Shown: in pieces, positions 17,827-28,059 of the stretch
Layout of the letters: the number at the start of each line of letters is the position of its first letter
How positions within the stretch are numbered: the stretch's first letter is position 1
Origin: an uncultured Verrucomicrobiae bacterium
GTDB lineage: Bacteria; Verrucomicrobiota; Verrucomicrobiia; Chthoniobacterales; JAATET01
Assembly (NCBI GenBank): GCA_963719495.1
Contig: CAVRCI010000011.1
Span: 32,001-96,000 of the forward strand
Length of the DNA stretch: 64,000 nucleotides
Direction: 5' to 3'
Notes under the pieces: model-generated
What the model was told of the DNA's origin: nothing
What the model saw: only the letters and a program-made list of their open reading frames with translations
The model's database searches: none
Position numbers and translations under genes: made by a program

Positions 17827-20634
17827 ATGATCCGCCGCGTGTCGATGCGTGTCTGTTTCGTGGGTCTGCGCCGGGTGGCTTTGGGCTCGCTCGTCGCGGG
17901 GTCGATGGTCGGGTCGTGGGCGCAGGGGATCGGGCAGGGGAAGACGGCTGACGAGCTCTACATGGGGGCGGTCGGGGCCTACAACAATGGGCAATACGAG
18001 GCGGCGGTGAGCGGTTTTCAGAAGTTCACAGCGGATTTCGGCTCTTCCGAGCAGGGCAAGGAGGCGATGGGGGCGATCCGGTATCCGCTGGCGATGAGTC
18101 TGCTGCATCTGCAGAAATTCGACCAGGCGATGGGGGCGATTCAGGATGCGCTGAAGGCCGAGCCCGGGCCGTCGCTGGATCAGCGGGAGGATCTGACGTT
18201 TTACCTCGGGGTGTGCCAGATGCAGGCGCAGGAGATCGACGCGGCGCGGGCGACGTTCGATGATTTCGTGCGCTCGTATCCGCGGTCGAAGCAGGTCGAG
18301 GAGGCGGCGCTGCTGGCGGGGACGTCGTGGCTGCTGGCGGGTAGGAACGCGGAGGCGGCGGGACATTTTGCGAAGGTGAAGGGTGCGATGAATCCGATCA
18401 ACCGAGGTCGGGCTTCGGTGCTGGAGCTGTATGCGCTGCTCGAGGCGGGGGAGCGGGAGCGGGCTCTGGAGTTGGTGGTGGCGGAATTCCCGAGGTTGGA
18501 TCAGATGCTGCAGATCGCGACGTTTCAGACGCTGTCGCTGCAGCTGGGGTCGGAGTTTTTGGAGGCCGAGGATTACCGCAAGGCGATCCAGTGCCTGCAG
18601 CGGGTGTGGAGCAGCGATCGGTTGATCAAGTATCAGCAGGCGCGGCTCGATGATCTCGAGGACGCGATGGCCGCGGCGGAGGCGCAGCCGAAGGGCGATC
18701 CCTACCGGAAATTTCAGCTCAAGCAGATGATCGCGAAGGTCCAGCGGGAGCTGGAGAATTTCGCGAAGATGACGAGTTTCGACGCGGCGTTGCGGTTGCG
18801 GCTCGCGACGGCGTTTCAGGCGATGGAGCGGTATCGCGAGTCGGCGTTGATCCTCGAAGAGATGCTCGTCGAGATGCCGCCTGACAAGGTCGTGGAGTCG
18901 GCGACGGCGAATCTCATTCAGTGCTGGTCGGCGATCGAGCGCTGGCCGAAGGCGGTGGAGGCGGCGGAGACGTTCGAGGAGAAATTCCCGAAGTCGGAGC
19001 AGATGCCGCTCGTACTTTATCTGAAAGGTATCGCGCTGCAGCGGGAGAACCGGCAGCCGGAGGCGATCGCGACGTTTGCGGCGATCTCGAAGAAATATCC
19101 GAAGTCGGATTTCGCGCCGCGCGCGGTGTTCATGGAAGGATTCAGTCGGCTGCTCGGCGAGGAGAACCTGGCGGCGGTCGCGACGTTCGACGAGTTCGCG
19201 ACGGCGTATCCGGAGCACGAATTGGCGGACCCGGCGGCTTACTGGCGGGGGATGGGATTTTCGCTTGAGAAGCAGTATCCGCAGGCGCGGGCGGCGATGG
19301 ACGCGTATCTGGCGAAATACCCGGTCGGGGCCTCGCGCGGGCTGGCCGTTTTCCGGAAAGGATATGACGCGCAGGCGATGCGGGATTTCGAAACGAGCAT
19401 CGCGGAGTTGCGGGCGTATCTGACGAAGTATCCGGGCCACGAATCGAACGCCGAGGCGCTGCTCCTGCTGGGCGACGCCTACATGAACGAGGGGCGGATG
19501 GATTACGGGATCGCGGCGTTCAAGCGGATCCCGCCGGAGGAGACGCGTTTCTTCGAGGAGGGCTGGTTCAAGGTCGGGAAGGCGCTGCGATTGCTCGAGG
19601 ACGTGGACGGGATGCGGGCGCACTTCGAACAATTTGCCGTCGAGTCTCCGCGGAGCCCGCGCGTGGCCGAGGCGATCTATTGGATCGGCTGGACGTATCG
19701 CCAGCAGGACGAGCCGGAGAAGGCGCGCGACGCGTATTGGACCGCGATCGAGGAGATGGGGAACGATCCGTCGATTCGCTCGGTCGACGAGCTCTTCCCG
19801 GCGCTAACGAAGCTGTATTCCGGTCCCGAGGAAGACGCGCAATACCTCGCCAAGCTGCGCGATATCCGCGAGGAGGCGGATGGGGCGAAGGAGGAGACTC
19901 TGGCGATGCGGGCGCTCTGGGCGCAGGCCCGTGCTCTCGTCGGCACCCAGCCCGAGATCGCTCAGGACACGATGCTCGAGGCGGCGAAGCGGGTGGACGT
20001 TTCGTCGACGAATCCGCTGTTGATGGCGGAGTTCGCGAGTGCGCTGGAGGCGGCGGAGCGGGACGACGAGGCCGAGCGGATGTGGCGGGATCTGGTGAAG
20101 TGGAATCCGCGCGCGCCGCAGAAGGACGCGGCCTTCGCGGCGCTCGGGGAGCTGGAATTGCGGCGGGGCAACGAGAAGGCGGCGCTGGGTTGGTTCGATC
20201 GGTTCGAGAGCGAGACGTTCGGCTCGGTGCGGCTCGGCGGCGTGTTGTTGGCGAAGGCGAAGCTGCTCGTGGCGCGGGGTGAATACGACGCGGCGCGGGG
20301 AGCGCTCGAGCGGTTGCTGGGGAACGAATACACGACCGGCCTCGAGAAGGCGGAGGCGCTCTACGGAATGGGCCAGACGCACATGGCGCAGAAGAAGCCC
20401 GAGTTGGCCGTCCCCTATTTTCAGCGGATCTACATCCTGCACGGGCGCTGGACCGAATGGGTCGCGAAGGCCTACGTGCGCAGCGGCGAGGCGTTCGAAC
20501 AGCTCGAGGACAAGGACGCGGCGCGCAAGACTTACGACGAGATGACGAAGCTCGAGCGGCTGAACGATCAGCCCGAGATGAAAGAGGCGCGGGAGCGGCT
20601 CGAGGCGCTGGGAGGGCCGGTGAAGGAGTCATGA
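17827..20634 (+). CDS. Large exported tetratricopeptide-repeat protein
   Basis: Many TPR/BamD-like repeats (YPKSDFAPRA, YPEHELADPA); signal-like N-terminus. Confidence 0.88.
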   Translation: MIRRVSMRVCFVGLRRVALGSLVAGSMVGSWAQGIGQGKTADELYMGAVGAYNNGQYEAAVSGFQKFTADFGSSEQGKEAMGAIRYPLAMSLLHLQKFDQAMGAIQDALKAEPGPSLDQREDLTFYLGVCQMQAQEIDAARATFDDFVRSYPRSKQVEEAALLAGTSWLLAGRNAEAAGHFAKVKGAMNPINRGRASVLELYALLEAGERERALELVVAEFPRLDQMLQIATFQTLSLQLGSEFLEAEDYRKAIQCLQRVWSSDRLIKYQQARLDDLEDAMAAAEAQPKGDPYRKFQLKQMIAKVQRELENFAKMTSFDAALRLRLATAFQAMERYRESALILEEMLVEMPPDKVVESATANLIQCWSAIERWPKAVEAAETFEEKFPKSEQMPLVLYLKGIALQRENRQPEAIATFAAISKKYPKSDFAPRAVFMEGFSRLLGEENLAAVATFDEFATAYPEHELADPAAYWRGMGFSLEKQYPQARAAMDAYLAKYPVGASRGLAVFRKGYDAQAMRDFETSIAELRAYLTKYPGHESNAEALLLLGDAYMNEGRMDYGIAAFKRIPPEETRFFEEGWFKVGKALRLLEDVDGMRAHFEQFAVESPRSPRVAEAIYWIGWTYRQQDEPEKARDAYWTAIEEMGNDPSIRSVDELFPALTKLYSGPEEDAQYLAKLRDIREEADGAKEETLAMRALWAQARALVGTQPEIAQDTMLEAAKRVDVSSTNPLLMAEFASALEAAERDDEAERMWRDLVKWNPRAPQKDAAFAALGELELRRGNEKAALGWFDRFESETFGSVRLGGVLLAKAKLLVARGEYDAARGALERLLGNEYTTGLEKAEALYGMGQTHMAQKKPELAVPYFQRIYILHGRWTEWVAKAYVRSGEAFEQLEDKDAARKTYDEMTKLERLNDQPEMKEARERLEALGGPVKES

Positions 20635-21581
20635 GGCGGATCCTGATCGCAGTTTTTGTTTTCGGCTTGGGTGTGCTTCGCGCCCAGGAAGGCGCCGGGC
20701 TCGACACGTTGTTCATGAACGACGCGGGCGAGACGAAGCGGACGGCGCGGGTGCTTGGGGCCGACGAGAAATTTCTGAAGATCGAGACGAAGCTCGGCGC
20801 GGGCGCGACCGCGGTTGTGAGCGTGCCGCGGGCGGAGGTGCGGCGGATCGAATTCGCGCCCAATCCGGAGCTCGATGCGCTGCTTGGGAACGCCACCGCG
20901 AAGGAACTCGGGCAGGTCGCTCTCCTCTGGAATCGCTGGCAACCCTTCGTCGGCGTGCCGAAGTCGCCGGCTGGCCGCGTCGCCAACGTTTACGCCCGCC
21001 TCCTGCTCACGAGCGAAGATCCCGCCGCCGCCAAGCAAGCGCTCGCGATGCTCGCCGAGATCGAGCCTAAGCTCTGGGACGACAACGAGCGGTTCACGGC
21101 AAAACAGAACCGGCTGCGGGCGATGGTTGCGACGGGACAGGCCGCGGCGGCCATCGACGAGGCGAGGGAACTCGCGAGGGATTCGGAGGATCCGGCGGTT
21201 TTGATTGAGGCGAAGTTCATTCTGGCCGAGGCCGCGCACGAAAATCTCCGCAAGCTCATCGAGAATAATCCGCGCTGGGAGGAGGACGTGAACGTCCGAC
21301 CGGAACGGGCTCGGCTGATCAACGACGCGCTCGACTTTTACCTCTACCCCTACCTGTTTTACGGGTCCGAGACGGACGCCGCGGCCCGCGGACTCTGGGG
21401 TGCGACCGAGATCTATGAATTCATCGGCGATGGGCGAAACGCGCTCGAGTCCGCGAAAGACATCACCTCACTTTACCCCGGCAGCCGGTTCGCCACGCAG
21501 GCGGCGGAGGTCGTCGCGAAGGAATCAACCAACGCAAACGAACAATCCAATGATGAGTCCGAAACCCAAAAAGAAAGCTAG
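20631..21581 (+). CDS. Exported hypothetical protein, helical/TPR-like C-terminus
   Basis: ATGA overlap; signal MRRILIAVFVFGLGVLRA. Confidence 0.75.
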   Translation: MRRILIAVFVFGLGVLRAQEGAGLDTLFMNDAGETKRTARVLGADEKFLKIETKLGAGATAVVSVPRAEVRRIEFAPNPELDALLGNATAKELGQVALLWNRWQPFVGVPKSPAGRVANVYARLLLTSEDPAAAKQALAMLAEIEPKLWDDNERFTAKQNRLRAMVATGQAAAAIDEARELARDSEDPAVLIEAKFILAEAAHENLRKLIENNPRWEEDVNVRPERARLINDALDFYLYPYLFYGSETDAAARGLWGATEIYEFIGDGRNALESAKDITSLYPGSRFATQAAEVVAKESTNANEQSNDESETQKES

Positions 21582-22398
21582 CCGCCTCCGGGCCGGCATC
21601 CTCGCCGCGCTGGCGGCCCTCGCGTTCGTCGCGGCCCCCGTGACGGTGCTCGCGCAGGACGCACAAAACGACCCCGCGGCGCCCGTCGCCGAAGCGGCGG
21701 TGAAGGACAAAACCCTGCTGGACATGTTCAACCAAGGCGGCTGGCTGATGTATCCGCTGCTCCTCTGTTCGATCGGCACGGCGGCGGTCGCGGTTTACTG
21801 CTTCATCCAGATCAACGGTAAAAAAATGATGCCACCGACGCAGGTCGAAGCCGTCGGGAAAAACATGGAGCAACGCGACGCGGCGAGTGCGTATTCGCTG
21901 TGCCACGGGAACCCGAACGCGTTCTCCAACACGATGTCGTCGGCGCTGCTCAAGGTAAATTTCGAGCGCGATCTGGCGAACAAAGCGTCGATGGAGCAAT
22001 CGGCCGCCGAGTCGCTGGCGAACGAGGAGACCAAGCTCATGCTCTGGGTGAACTACCTCAACGTCTTTGCGACCATCGGGCCGATGCTTGGGTTGCTGGG
22101 GACGGTGACGGGCATGATCCAGAGCTTCGACGCGCTGGCGGCGGGGAAGTCGGAGCCGGCCGATCTCGCGGGCGGTATCGGTGAGGCGATGTTGACGACG
22201 GCGGCCGGGTTGCTGGTCGGCATCCCGGCGATGTTCTTTTTCTTCTACTTCCGGAATTCGCTCACGATCATCGTGACGAACATCCAGCGGCGCGTGACGT
22301 TCATGATCGATCTGCTATCGGGTGAGCTGAAGCTCGAAGGCGCGGCGACGGATTACGAAGCGGTGCCGACGGGCGAGGGGGCACCGGAGGAAGTGTGA
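21550..22398 (+). CDS. exbB: MotA/TolQ/ExbB proton channel
   Basis: GGWLMYPL; IGPMLGLLGTVTGMIQSF; GIGEAMLTTAAGL. Confidence 0.93.
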   Translation: MMSPKPKKKASRLRAGILAALAALAFVAAPVTVLAQDAQNDPAAPVAEAAVKDKTLLDMFNQGGWLMYPLLLCSIGTAAVAVYCFIQINGKKMMPPTQVEAVGKNMEQRDAASAYSLCHGNPNAFSNTMSSALLKVNFERDLANKASMEQSAAESLANEETKLMLWVNYLNVFATIGPMLGLLGTVTGMIQSFDALAAGKSEPADLAGGIGEAMLTTAAGLLVGIPAMFFFFYFRNSLTIIVTNIQRRVTFMIDLLSGELKLEGAATDYEAVPTGEGAPEEV

Positions 22399-22504
22399 TG
22401 AGCGAATGGTCGGGCCGGTGGTGAGATGAGAAGCCAGAGATGCTTCGCTTCGCTCAGCATGACAGGTGGGGGATTTTGGCAACGCCGAGAGAATTGAAAA
22501 CACG

Positions 22505-22918
22505 ATGAGATTGATCAAAAAAGCGGAGGAGGACGTTGGGTTTCAGTTGGCCCCAATGATTGATATGACCTTCCTTCTGCTCGTTTTCTTCATGGTCACC
22601 ACGAAGATTTCGAAGGAGCAGATCAAGGTGGAGATCAAGCTGCCGACGGCCAGCAACGGCGTGATCCCATCGGACCTCAGTAACCGCGACATCATCAGCA
22701 TCGACGGTCAGGGGAACTATTTTGTCGGCCAGAGTCCGGCGACGAAGGAAGAGTTGAAGGCGTATCTCACGAAGCGCTACGAGGCCAAGACCCCCGTCCC
22801 GCTGCGGCTCTACGTGCGCGCCGACAAGAAAACGCCCGGCAAGCAGGTGAAGGAACTCATGAAACTCGCCTCGGACGCCGGGGCGGTGAACGTGATCTTC
22901 GGGAGTTACCAACGATGA
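22505..22918 (+). CDS. exbD: ExbD/TolR family protein
   Basis: FQLAPMIDMTFLLLVFFMVT; YVRADK. Confidence 0.93.
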   Translation: MRLIKKAEEDVGFQLAPMIDMTFLLLVFFMVTTKISKEQIKVEIKLPTASNGVIPSDLSNRDIISIDGQGNYFVGQSPATKEELKAYLTKRYEAKTPVPLRLYVRADKKTPGKQVKELMKLASDAGAVNVIFGSYQR

Positions 22919-22962
22919 GCGCCGTGCATTGCGCCGCGGGGTGGGTCCCGGCCTTCGTTCCC

Positions 22963-23670
22963 TGTCATCTTGAACGAAGTGAAAGATCTCTGGCTTACAC
23001 TCGGGGTGCCGTCGGGTGGATGAGAAGCCAGAGATGCTTCGCTTCGCGCAGCATGACAGGTTTTTGGATGGGGGGCTGGCGCCCCGGGGCGCTTCGCGAT
23101 TCATGGGAGTTACCAGAGATCGAGGGTGTAAAGCGCGACGCGTCGCGGCTCGGGGCCCTCGTCCCCTGTCATCGTGAACGAAGTGAAAGATCTCTGGCGG
23201 ACACTCGGGACGGCGCCGTGCGGGTGAGAAGCCAGAGATGCTTCGCTTCGCTCAGCATGACAGGTTTTTGGATGGGAGGCTGGCGCCCCGGGGCGCTTCG
23301 CGATTCATGGGAGTTGCCAGCGATCGAGGGTGTAAAGCGCGTCGCGGCGGAGCTCGGAGCCCTCGGTTCCTGTCATCTTGAACGAAGTGAAAGATCTCTG
23401 GCTTACACTCGGGACAGCGTCGTGCGGGTGAGAAGCCAGAGATGCTTCGCTTCGCTCAGCATGACAGGTTTTTGGATGGGGGGCTGGCGCCCCGGGGCGC
23501 TTCGCGATTCATGGGAGTTGCCAGCGATCGAGGGTGTGAAGCGCGTCGCGGCGGAGCTCGGGGCCCTCGTTCCCTGTCATCTTGAACGAAGTGAAAGATC
23601 TCTGGCTTACACTCGGGGTGCCGTCGGGTGGATGAGAAGCCAGAGATGCTTCGCTTTGCTGCCAATGACA
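22963..23670. repeat. Tandem array of 204-bp composite palindromic units (3 full plus 1 partial)
   Basis: TGTCATC starts at 22963, 23167, 23371 and 23575; each unit has a 96-bp hairpin TGTCATCTTGAACGAAGTGAAAGATCT...AGATGCTTCGCTTCGCTCAGCATGACA. Confidence 0.92.
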
Positions 23671-23828
23671 TCGTCTTCTGTGGCTCGGAATCCAACGAGA
23701 AAGCCACGGCTCGGCAGGAGCCTCGCCCTCCGAATGCCAGTTTTTGGATGGCGGGCTGGTGCCCCTGCCAACTGGGCCGCGTCTTAACTCCCAACTTAAT
23801 TCTTAATTCTTAGAAACTTAAAACGCCG

Positions 23829-24281
23829 ATGCAGCTTCGCCGCCGAGACCTCCAGACCGTGGAGATGCAGATGGGCCCCATGATCGACATGGTGTTCCTC
23901 CTCCTCGTGTTCTTCATGGTCACGGCGAAACCGATCAAGCAGGAGAGCGACATCAACATCGGGCTGCCCGGGACGGTGGCGCAGGAGGAAAGCGTCGACA
24001 TCCCGGACGAGGCGCGGATCACCATTCAGGAGACGGGGCAGGTCGTTCTCAACGACCAGCCGCTGGACACACCGACGAGCACGCAGATGCCGGAGCTGCT
24101 CACGACGCTGCTACGGTTCAAGGAATCGGCGGACGCGAACAAGAGCGAGGCGCTGGTGACGATCGCGCCGGACGACGCCTCGGATCATCAGCGGATCGTC
24201 GACGTTCTCAATACTTGCGCGAAGGCGGAGATCACGGGCGTCACGTTCGCGGACGACACCGACAGCGGGGAGGAATTTTAA
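23829..24281 (+). CDS. exbD: ExbD/TolR family protein
   Basis: MQMGPMIDMVFLLLVFFMVT. Confidence 0.93.
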   Translation: MQLRRRDLQTVEMQMGPMIDMVFLLLVFFMVTAKPIKQESDINIGLPGTVAQEESVDIPDEARITIQETGQVVLNDQPLDTPTSTQMPELLTTLLRFKESADANKSEALVTIAPDDASDHQRIVDVLNTCAKAEITGVTFADDTDSGEEF

Positions 24282-24282
24282 G

Positions 24283-25332
24283 ATGCCGGTCGATCTCCTG
24301 CTCGAAGACGCGAATCAGAAAAAGCGGGTCAAGAAGCTCGTGATCTCGATCGTGATTGGGGTCGTGCTGCTGCACATCGTCGCCGGGATCGTGGCGGGTG
24401 TGCTGGTCGTGGCGCGGTATTTGTTGCCGCCGCCGGCGACGTTCGAGGTGCAGCGCGACATCAAGCTGCCTGCCAAGGAGCGGGAGCATCGGATGAACAT
24501 GGATTCGTTCGACGCGATGACGCCGAAGCCGAGCTTCAACGACAAGATGCAGAGTCTGCAGCCGGCCAAGTTCTCGCTGCCGGATCTGCCGAAGATTCCG
24601 ATGGACCAGATGCTGCCGTTGGATCCGAGCAGCATCGTGTCGGATCAGGTCTCGAGCATCGTTGGGACGGCGGGGCTGGGCGGTGGTGGCGAGGGTTCGG
24701 GTGGACTCGGGGGCACGGGGTCGGGCGTGAGTTTCATGGGGATCCAGACGACGGCGAAGCGGATCCTGTTGCTCTACGACATCTCGACTACCGTGACGAA
24801 TTCCGTGCAGGAGGCCGGCATGTCGATGGAGGACATTCGGGAGGAGACCAAGAAGGTGCTCGATGGGCTGGGGATCAGCACGCGGTTCGGACTGGCGCAG
24901 TTCGCGCGGAACTACGCGTTTTTCCAACCGGAACTCGTCCCGGCGACGGACGACAACCGGGCGGCGGCGAAGGGCTGGCTCGACCAGTGGTTCACGACGA
25001 GCGGCTCGATGTCGCGGGGGACGCCGAATACGCGGACGGGGAGCCCGGGGTTCATCGAATTGATGAAGGCGGCCTTCGCGATGCAGCCGGACGTGATCTT
25101 CGTAATCTCGGACGGGGGTTTTTACGCCGGAAGCTCGGGTGGTGAGAACGGCTTCGGGGGGAAAATCGACTACGACGACATTGGCAAGGCGCTCGACGAG
25201 CTACAGAAAGCTTCACCCGAGCCGGTGCAGATCAACTTCATCGGTGTCGGGATGGATGGCGCCGACAAGTCGGGGATGCAGCGGTTGCGGGGACGGTATT
25301 TCGGCGGCGGGCGTTTCCGGGAGTTGCGCTAG
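24283..25332 (+). CDS. Membrane-anchored protein with Pro/Gly linker and C-terminal vWA-like domain
   Basis: N-terminal TM containing His; ILLLYDISTT MIDAS-like motif; PDVIFVISDG; QINFIGVG. Confidence 0.75.
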   Translation: MPVDLLLEDANQKKRVKKLVISIVIGVVLLHIVAGIVAGVLVVARYLLPPPATFEVQRDIKLPAKEREHRMNMDSFDAMTPKPSFNDKMQSLQPAKFSLPDLPKIPMDQMLPLDPSSIVSDQVSSIVGTAGLGGGGEGSGGLGGTGSGVSFMGIQTTAKRILLLYDISTTVTNSVQEAGMSMEDIREETKKVLDGLGISTRFGLAQFARNYAFFQPELVPATDDNRAAAKGWLDQWFTTSGSMSRGTPNTRTGSPGFIELMKAAFAMQPDVIFVISDGGFYAGSSGGENGFGGKIDYDDIGKALDELQKASPEPVQINFIGVGMDGADKSGMQRLRGRYFGGGRFRELR

Positions 25333-25358
25333 GTCTGAGAATTGCTTGTTATCGAACG

Positions 25359-25853
25359 ATGAGTGACGAGAACCCACCGACGCCGCCCGCCTTTCCGCCC
25401 ACACCGCCTTCGTCGCCGGAGCCGGGTGACCCGTCGCCCAAAAAGGGTCGGGTGATGGAGTTCTTCACGTCGCCGGTGATTCCTTATCCGGTCTCAACGC
25501 CGGCGGAAAAGTCGTGGGCGACGGGGTTGCACGCGAGTGGGTTCGCGGGATTCGTTTTCGTGATTCCGCTGGCGAACATCATCGCGCCGCTGGCGATCTG
25601 GCTGATCAAGCGACCCGAGAGCGCCTACTTGGACGCCGTGGGCAAGGAGGTGGTGAACTTTCAGATCAGCGCGCTGATCTACGCTTTCGTAACGGCGCTC
25701 ATTGCGACGCCGTTGACCTGCCTCTTTTTCATTCCGTGGTTGGTGCCGCTCGCCGTCTTCGTTGGATGGATTGTCTTCATGATCCAGGCGGTGATGAAGA
25801 CGACGGAGGGTGGGGATTTCCGGTATCCGGCGACGATTCGGTTCGTGAAGTAG
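25359..25853 (+). CDS. DUF4870 family membrane protein
   Basis: WATGLHASG..IIAPLAIWL..GKEVVNFQIS..FRYP. Confidence 0.88.
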   Translation: MSDENPPTPPAFPPTPPSSPEPGDPSPKKGRVMEFFTSPVIPYPVSTPAEKSWATGLHASGFAGFVFVIPLANIIAPLAIWLIKRPESAYLDAVGKEVVNFQISALIYAFVTALIATPLTCLFFIPWLVPLAVFVGWIVFMIQAVMKTTEGGDFRYPATIRFVK

Positions 25854-25899
25854 CGAGCGCTTCGCGGTTCGGCTCGCTGGCGCATTGCCGAGGCTGATC

Positions 25900-25943
25900 C
25901 GGCGGGACGCCGGATCTCGCACGCCGGGAGGCGTGCGCTCCCC
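25900..25943. repeat. REP family GGCGGGACGCC...GCACGCGGGGACGCGTGCGCTCCC
   Basis: Related copies near 15190, 30729, 34021 and 57863. Confidence 0.8.
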
Positions 25944-25994
25944 AACTCTCTCTGCTTGCGTGGCCGGATTTTGGAGCTATCTTCTTCTCCTATT

Positions 25995-26353
25995 GGGGGC
26001 GCATTGGTTTCGACTGATTGTTGGAAGCTTGGTCCGCATGCCGAGGATGATTCGTTGGCCTCGTAAAAAATCGAATCGAAATAAAATAAACGCAGATTAC
26101 GAAAATCTCGCTCTCGCGGCCTAAAGCGCCGTGACGTGTTCGACCCGACGCCTACTAGGGTTGGATACGTTGGCAGTAGGCTGGCTGGAAAGGGGTGTGA
26201 CCGCTCTTTTTGGTAAGATCGATTTCGTGGATACTGGAACTCGCGTGGTGTGTTGGCCCACAGCGCGGGTTTGAGATTGAGGACCAACTAAGCATGTAGA
26301 CGATCTCGCGGAAGGCGATGAGGACAGGGGTTCGAGTCCCCTCGCCTCCACCA
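25995..26353 (+). ncRNA. ssrA: tmRNA
   Basis: 5' GGGGGCG..TTCGAC, 3' GGTTCGAGTCCC..CGCCTCCACCA; tag (A)ADYENLALAA* at 26092-26124; TTGCGT-16-TATCTT promoter upstream. Confidence 0.96.
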
Positions 26354-26400
26354 ATTTTGACTCGCCGCCGGGGTGGGGGCGAGTGGTAGCGTCACGCGGC

Positions 26401-28059
26401 ATGGACGACGTATCAGATGCCGGAACGCCGGAGGCTGTAGGGGGAACCAGGGCGGTTCTCGGGGGGCAATCGGGTCGGGATTTTGCGGAGGAGGCTCTGC
26501 GCTGGATTCCGAAGATTCTGACCTTGCAGGACCGCAACCGGCACAGCCCGACCTACGGGTGCTTCGACCGGAATTACTGGCAATACAAGATCATCGATTT
26601 CCCGAGTGGGATGTCGCAGGAATTCGTGCTGCCACTCGCCTTGGCTTGGGACACGGAGATCGCGGGGAACGCGTTTTACCGGGAGGAGGCCGTGCGGGAG
26701 TGGGCGGAGGCCGGGATGGTCTTCGCGGCGCGGAGCGCGCACGCGGACGGGTCGTGCGACGATTATTTCCCGTTCGAGAAGGCGGGTGGGGCGGCGGCGT
26801 TTTCGTTGCTCGCGTGCGTTGAGGCCTACGCGCTGCTGGGCCTGGAGAACGCGGAGCTGCTGATTTTTTTCGAGCTTCGGGCCGATTGGATGGCGCATCA
26901 TCACGAGAGCGGGCAGCTGACGAATCACCAGGCGCTCATTGTGTTGTGCCTGGACCGGGTGGGGAAATTGGTAGGAACGACGAAGTGGGAGGCGGCGGCG
27001 GCGGATCGGCTCGGGCGGGTGCTTTCGTGGCAGAACGAGGAGGGTTGGTTTCAGGAATACGAGGGCTGCGATCCGGGCTATCACACGTTGACGATCTCGC
27101 TGCTGGCGCAAATCTACGAGGCGGCCCCGAGTTCGGAATTGCGCGAGGCGCTCGAGCGGGCGGTGCGGTTGGCGGCCGAGTTCGTGCATCCGGACGGGTC
27201 GTTCGCGGGGGAATACGGGAGCCGGAACACGTATAATTTTTTCCCGCACGGGTTCGAGGTCTTCGGGCGGCACTTTCCGGAGGCGCTGAACGTGAACGAT
27301 CGGTTTCTGGCCGGACTACGGGCGGGGCGGGCACCGTGCTACGCGGACGATCACATCGTGGGGCACCACACCTGGAATTACCTGCTGGCGGCCCGGGATT
27401 TCGTGACGGAGCGGCCGACGGTCGCGGATCGTCCGATGGGGCGGGTTCACCTGAAGAACGCCGGGATTCTGATCGACCGGCGGGCGGGGGCGGAGCTTTA
27501 CGTGGCTCTGAACAAGGGGGGTGTCTTCAAGTTTTTCCGGGACGGGAAGCTGGTTGCTTCGGACACGCAGGTTTCGTTGCTGGTGCGGGACGGAAAGCGG
27601 ATTCGGAACGCGGTGGCGCACCTGGTCTCGGAGTATCCGGCGGAGGTCGCGGACGACCAGATTCGGGTGAGCGGCGAGATGGGGTGGGCGAAATCGAAGG
27701 ACATGACGCCTCCGCGATTGATGGCGCTGCGGGTGATCATGCTGGGTGGTGGGCGGTTTTTTCCGGATCTGGTGCGCAAACTTCTGCAGCGGGTCTTGAT
27801 TACGGGAAAGAAGGCGGCTCCGTTTCGGTTCGAACGGGTTTTCGAGTGGGAAGGGCACGGTCTGCGGGTGGCGGACCGGATCGTCGGCGCGGATTGGTCG
27901 GCGGTGGAGCGGGCTGGGATCGGATGCGATCAGACTTCGATTTACGTGGTGATGAGCCGGACGTTTCAGGCCGGGCAGATGCTGCCGTGGACGGATCTCG
28001 CGACGGAGCTTGCCGTGGCGAAACGGAGTGGCGCGCTGACGCATGAGCGAACGATTTAG
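26401..28059 (+). CDS. Hypothetical protein, alpha/alpha-toroid (heparinase II/III-like or cyclase-like), possibly glycan-modifying
   Basis: LTNHQA, QNEEGWFQEYEGCDPGYH, DGSFAGEYGSR; lies upstream of glyco-membrane genes. Confidence 0.6.
   Translation: MDDVSDAGTPEAVGGTRAVLGGQSGRDFAEEALRWIPKILTLQDRNRHSPTYGCFDRNYWQYKIIDFPSGMSQEFVLPLALAWDTEIAGNAFYREEAVREWAEAGMVFAARSAHADGSCDDYFPFEKAGGAAAFSLLACVEAYALLGLENAELLIFFELRADWMAHHHESGQLTNHQALIVLCLDRVGKLVGTTKWEAAAADRLGRVLSWQNEEGWFQEYEGCDPGYHTLTISLLAQIYEAAPSSELREALERAVRLAAEFVHPDGSFAGEYGSRNTYNFFPHGFEVFGRHFPEALNVNDRFLAGLRAGRAPCYADDHIVGHHTWNYLLAARDFVTERPTVADRPMGRVHLKNAGILIDRRAGAELYVALNKGGVFKFFRDGKLVASDTQVSLLVRDGKRIRNAVAHLVSEYPAEVADDQIRVSGEMGWAKSKDMTPPRLMALRVIMLGGGRFFPDLVRKLLQRVLITGKKAAPFRFERVFEWEGHGLRVADRIVGADWSAVERAGIGCDQTSIYVVMSRTFQAGQMLPWTDLATELAVAKRSGALTHERTI

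Noticed and set aside
22963..23670. CRISPR array
   Set aside because: Period is 204 bp, the variable parts are short and recur, and no cas genes are present
25885..26124. 79-aa protein-coding gene
   Set aside because: It is the tmRNA tag frame extended upstream
26335..26400. Element integrated at the tmRNA (or tRNA-Val) 3' end
   Set aside because: No integrase nearby and no duplicated 3' end seen in the window
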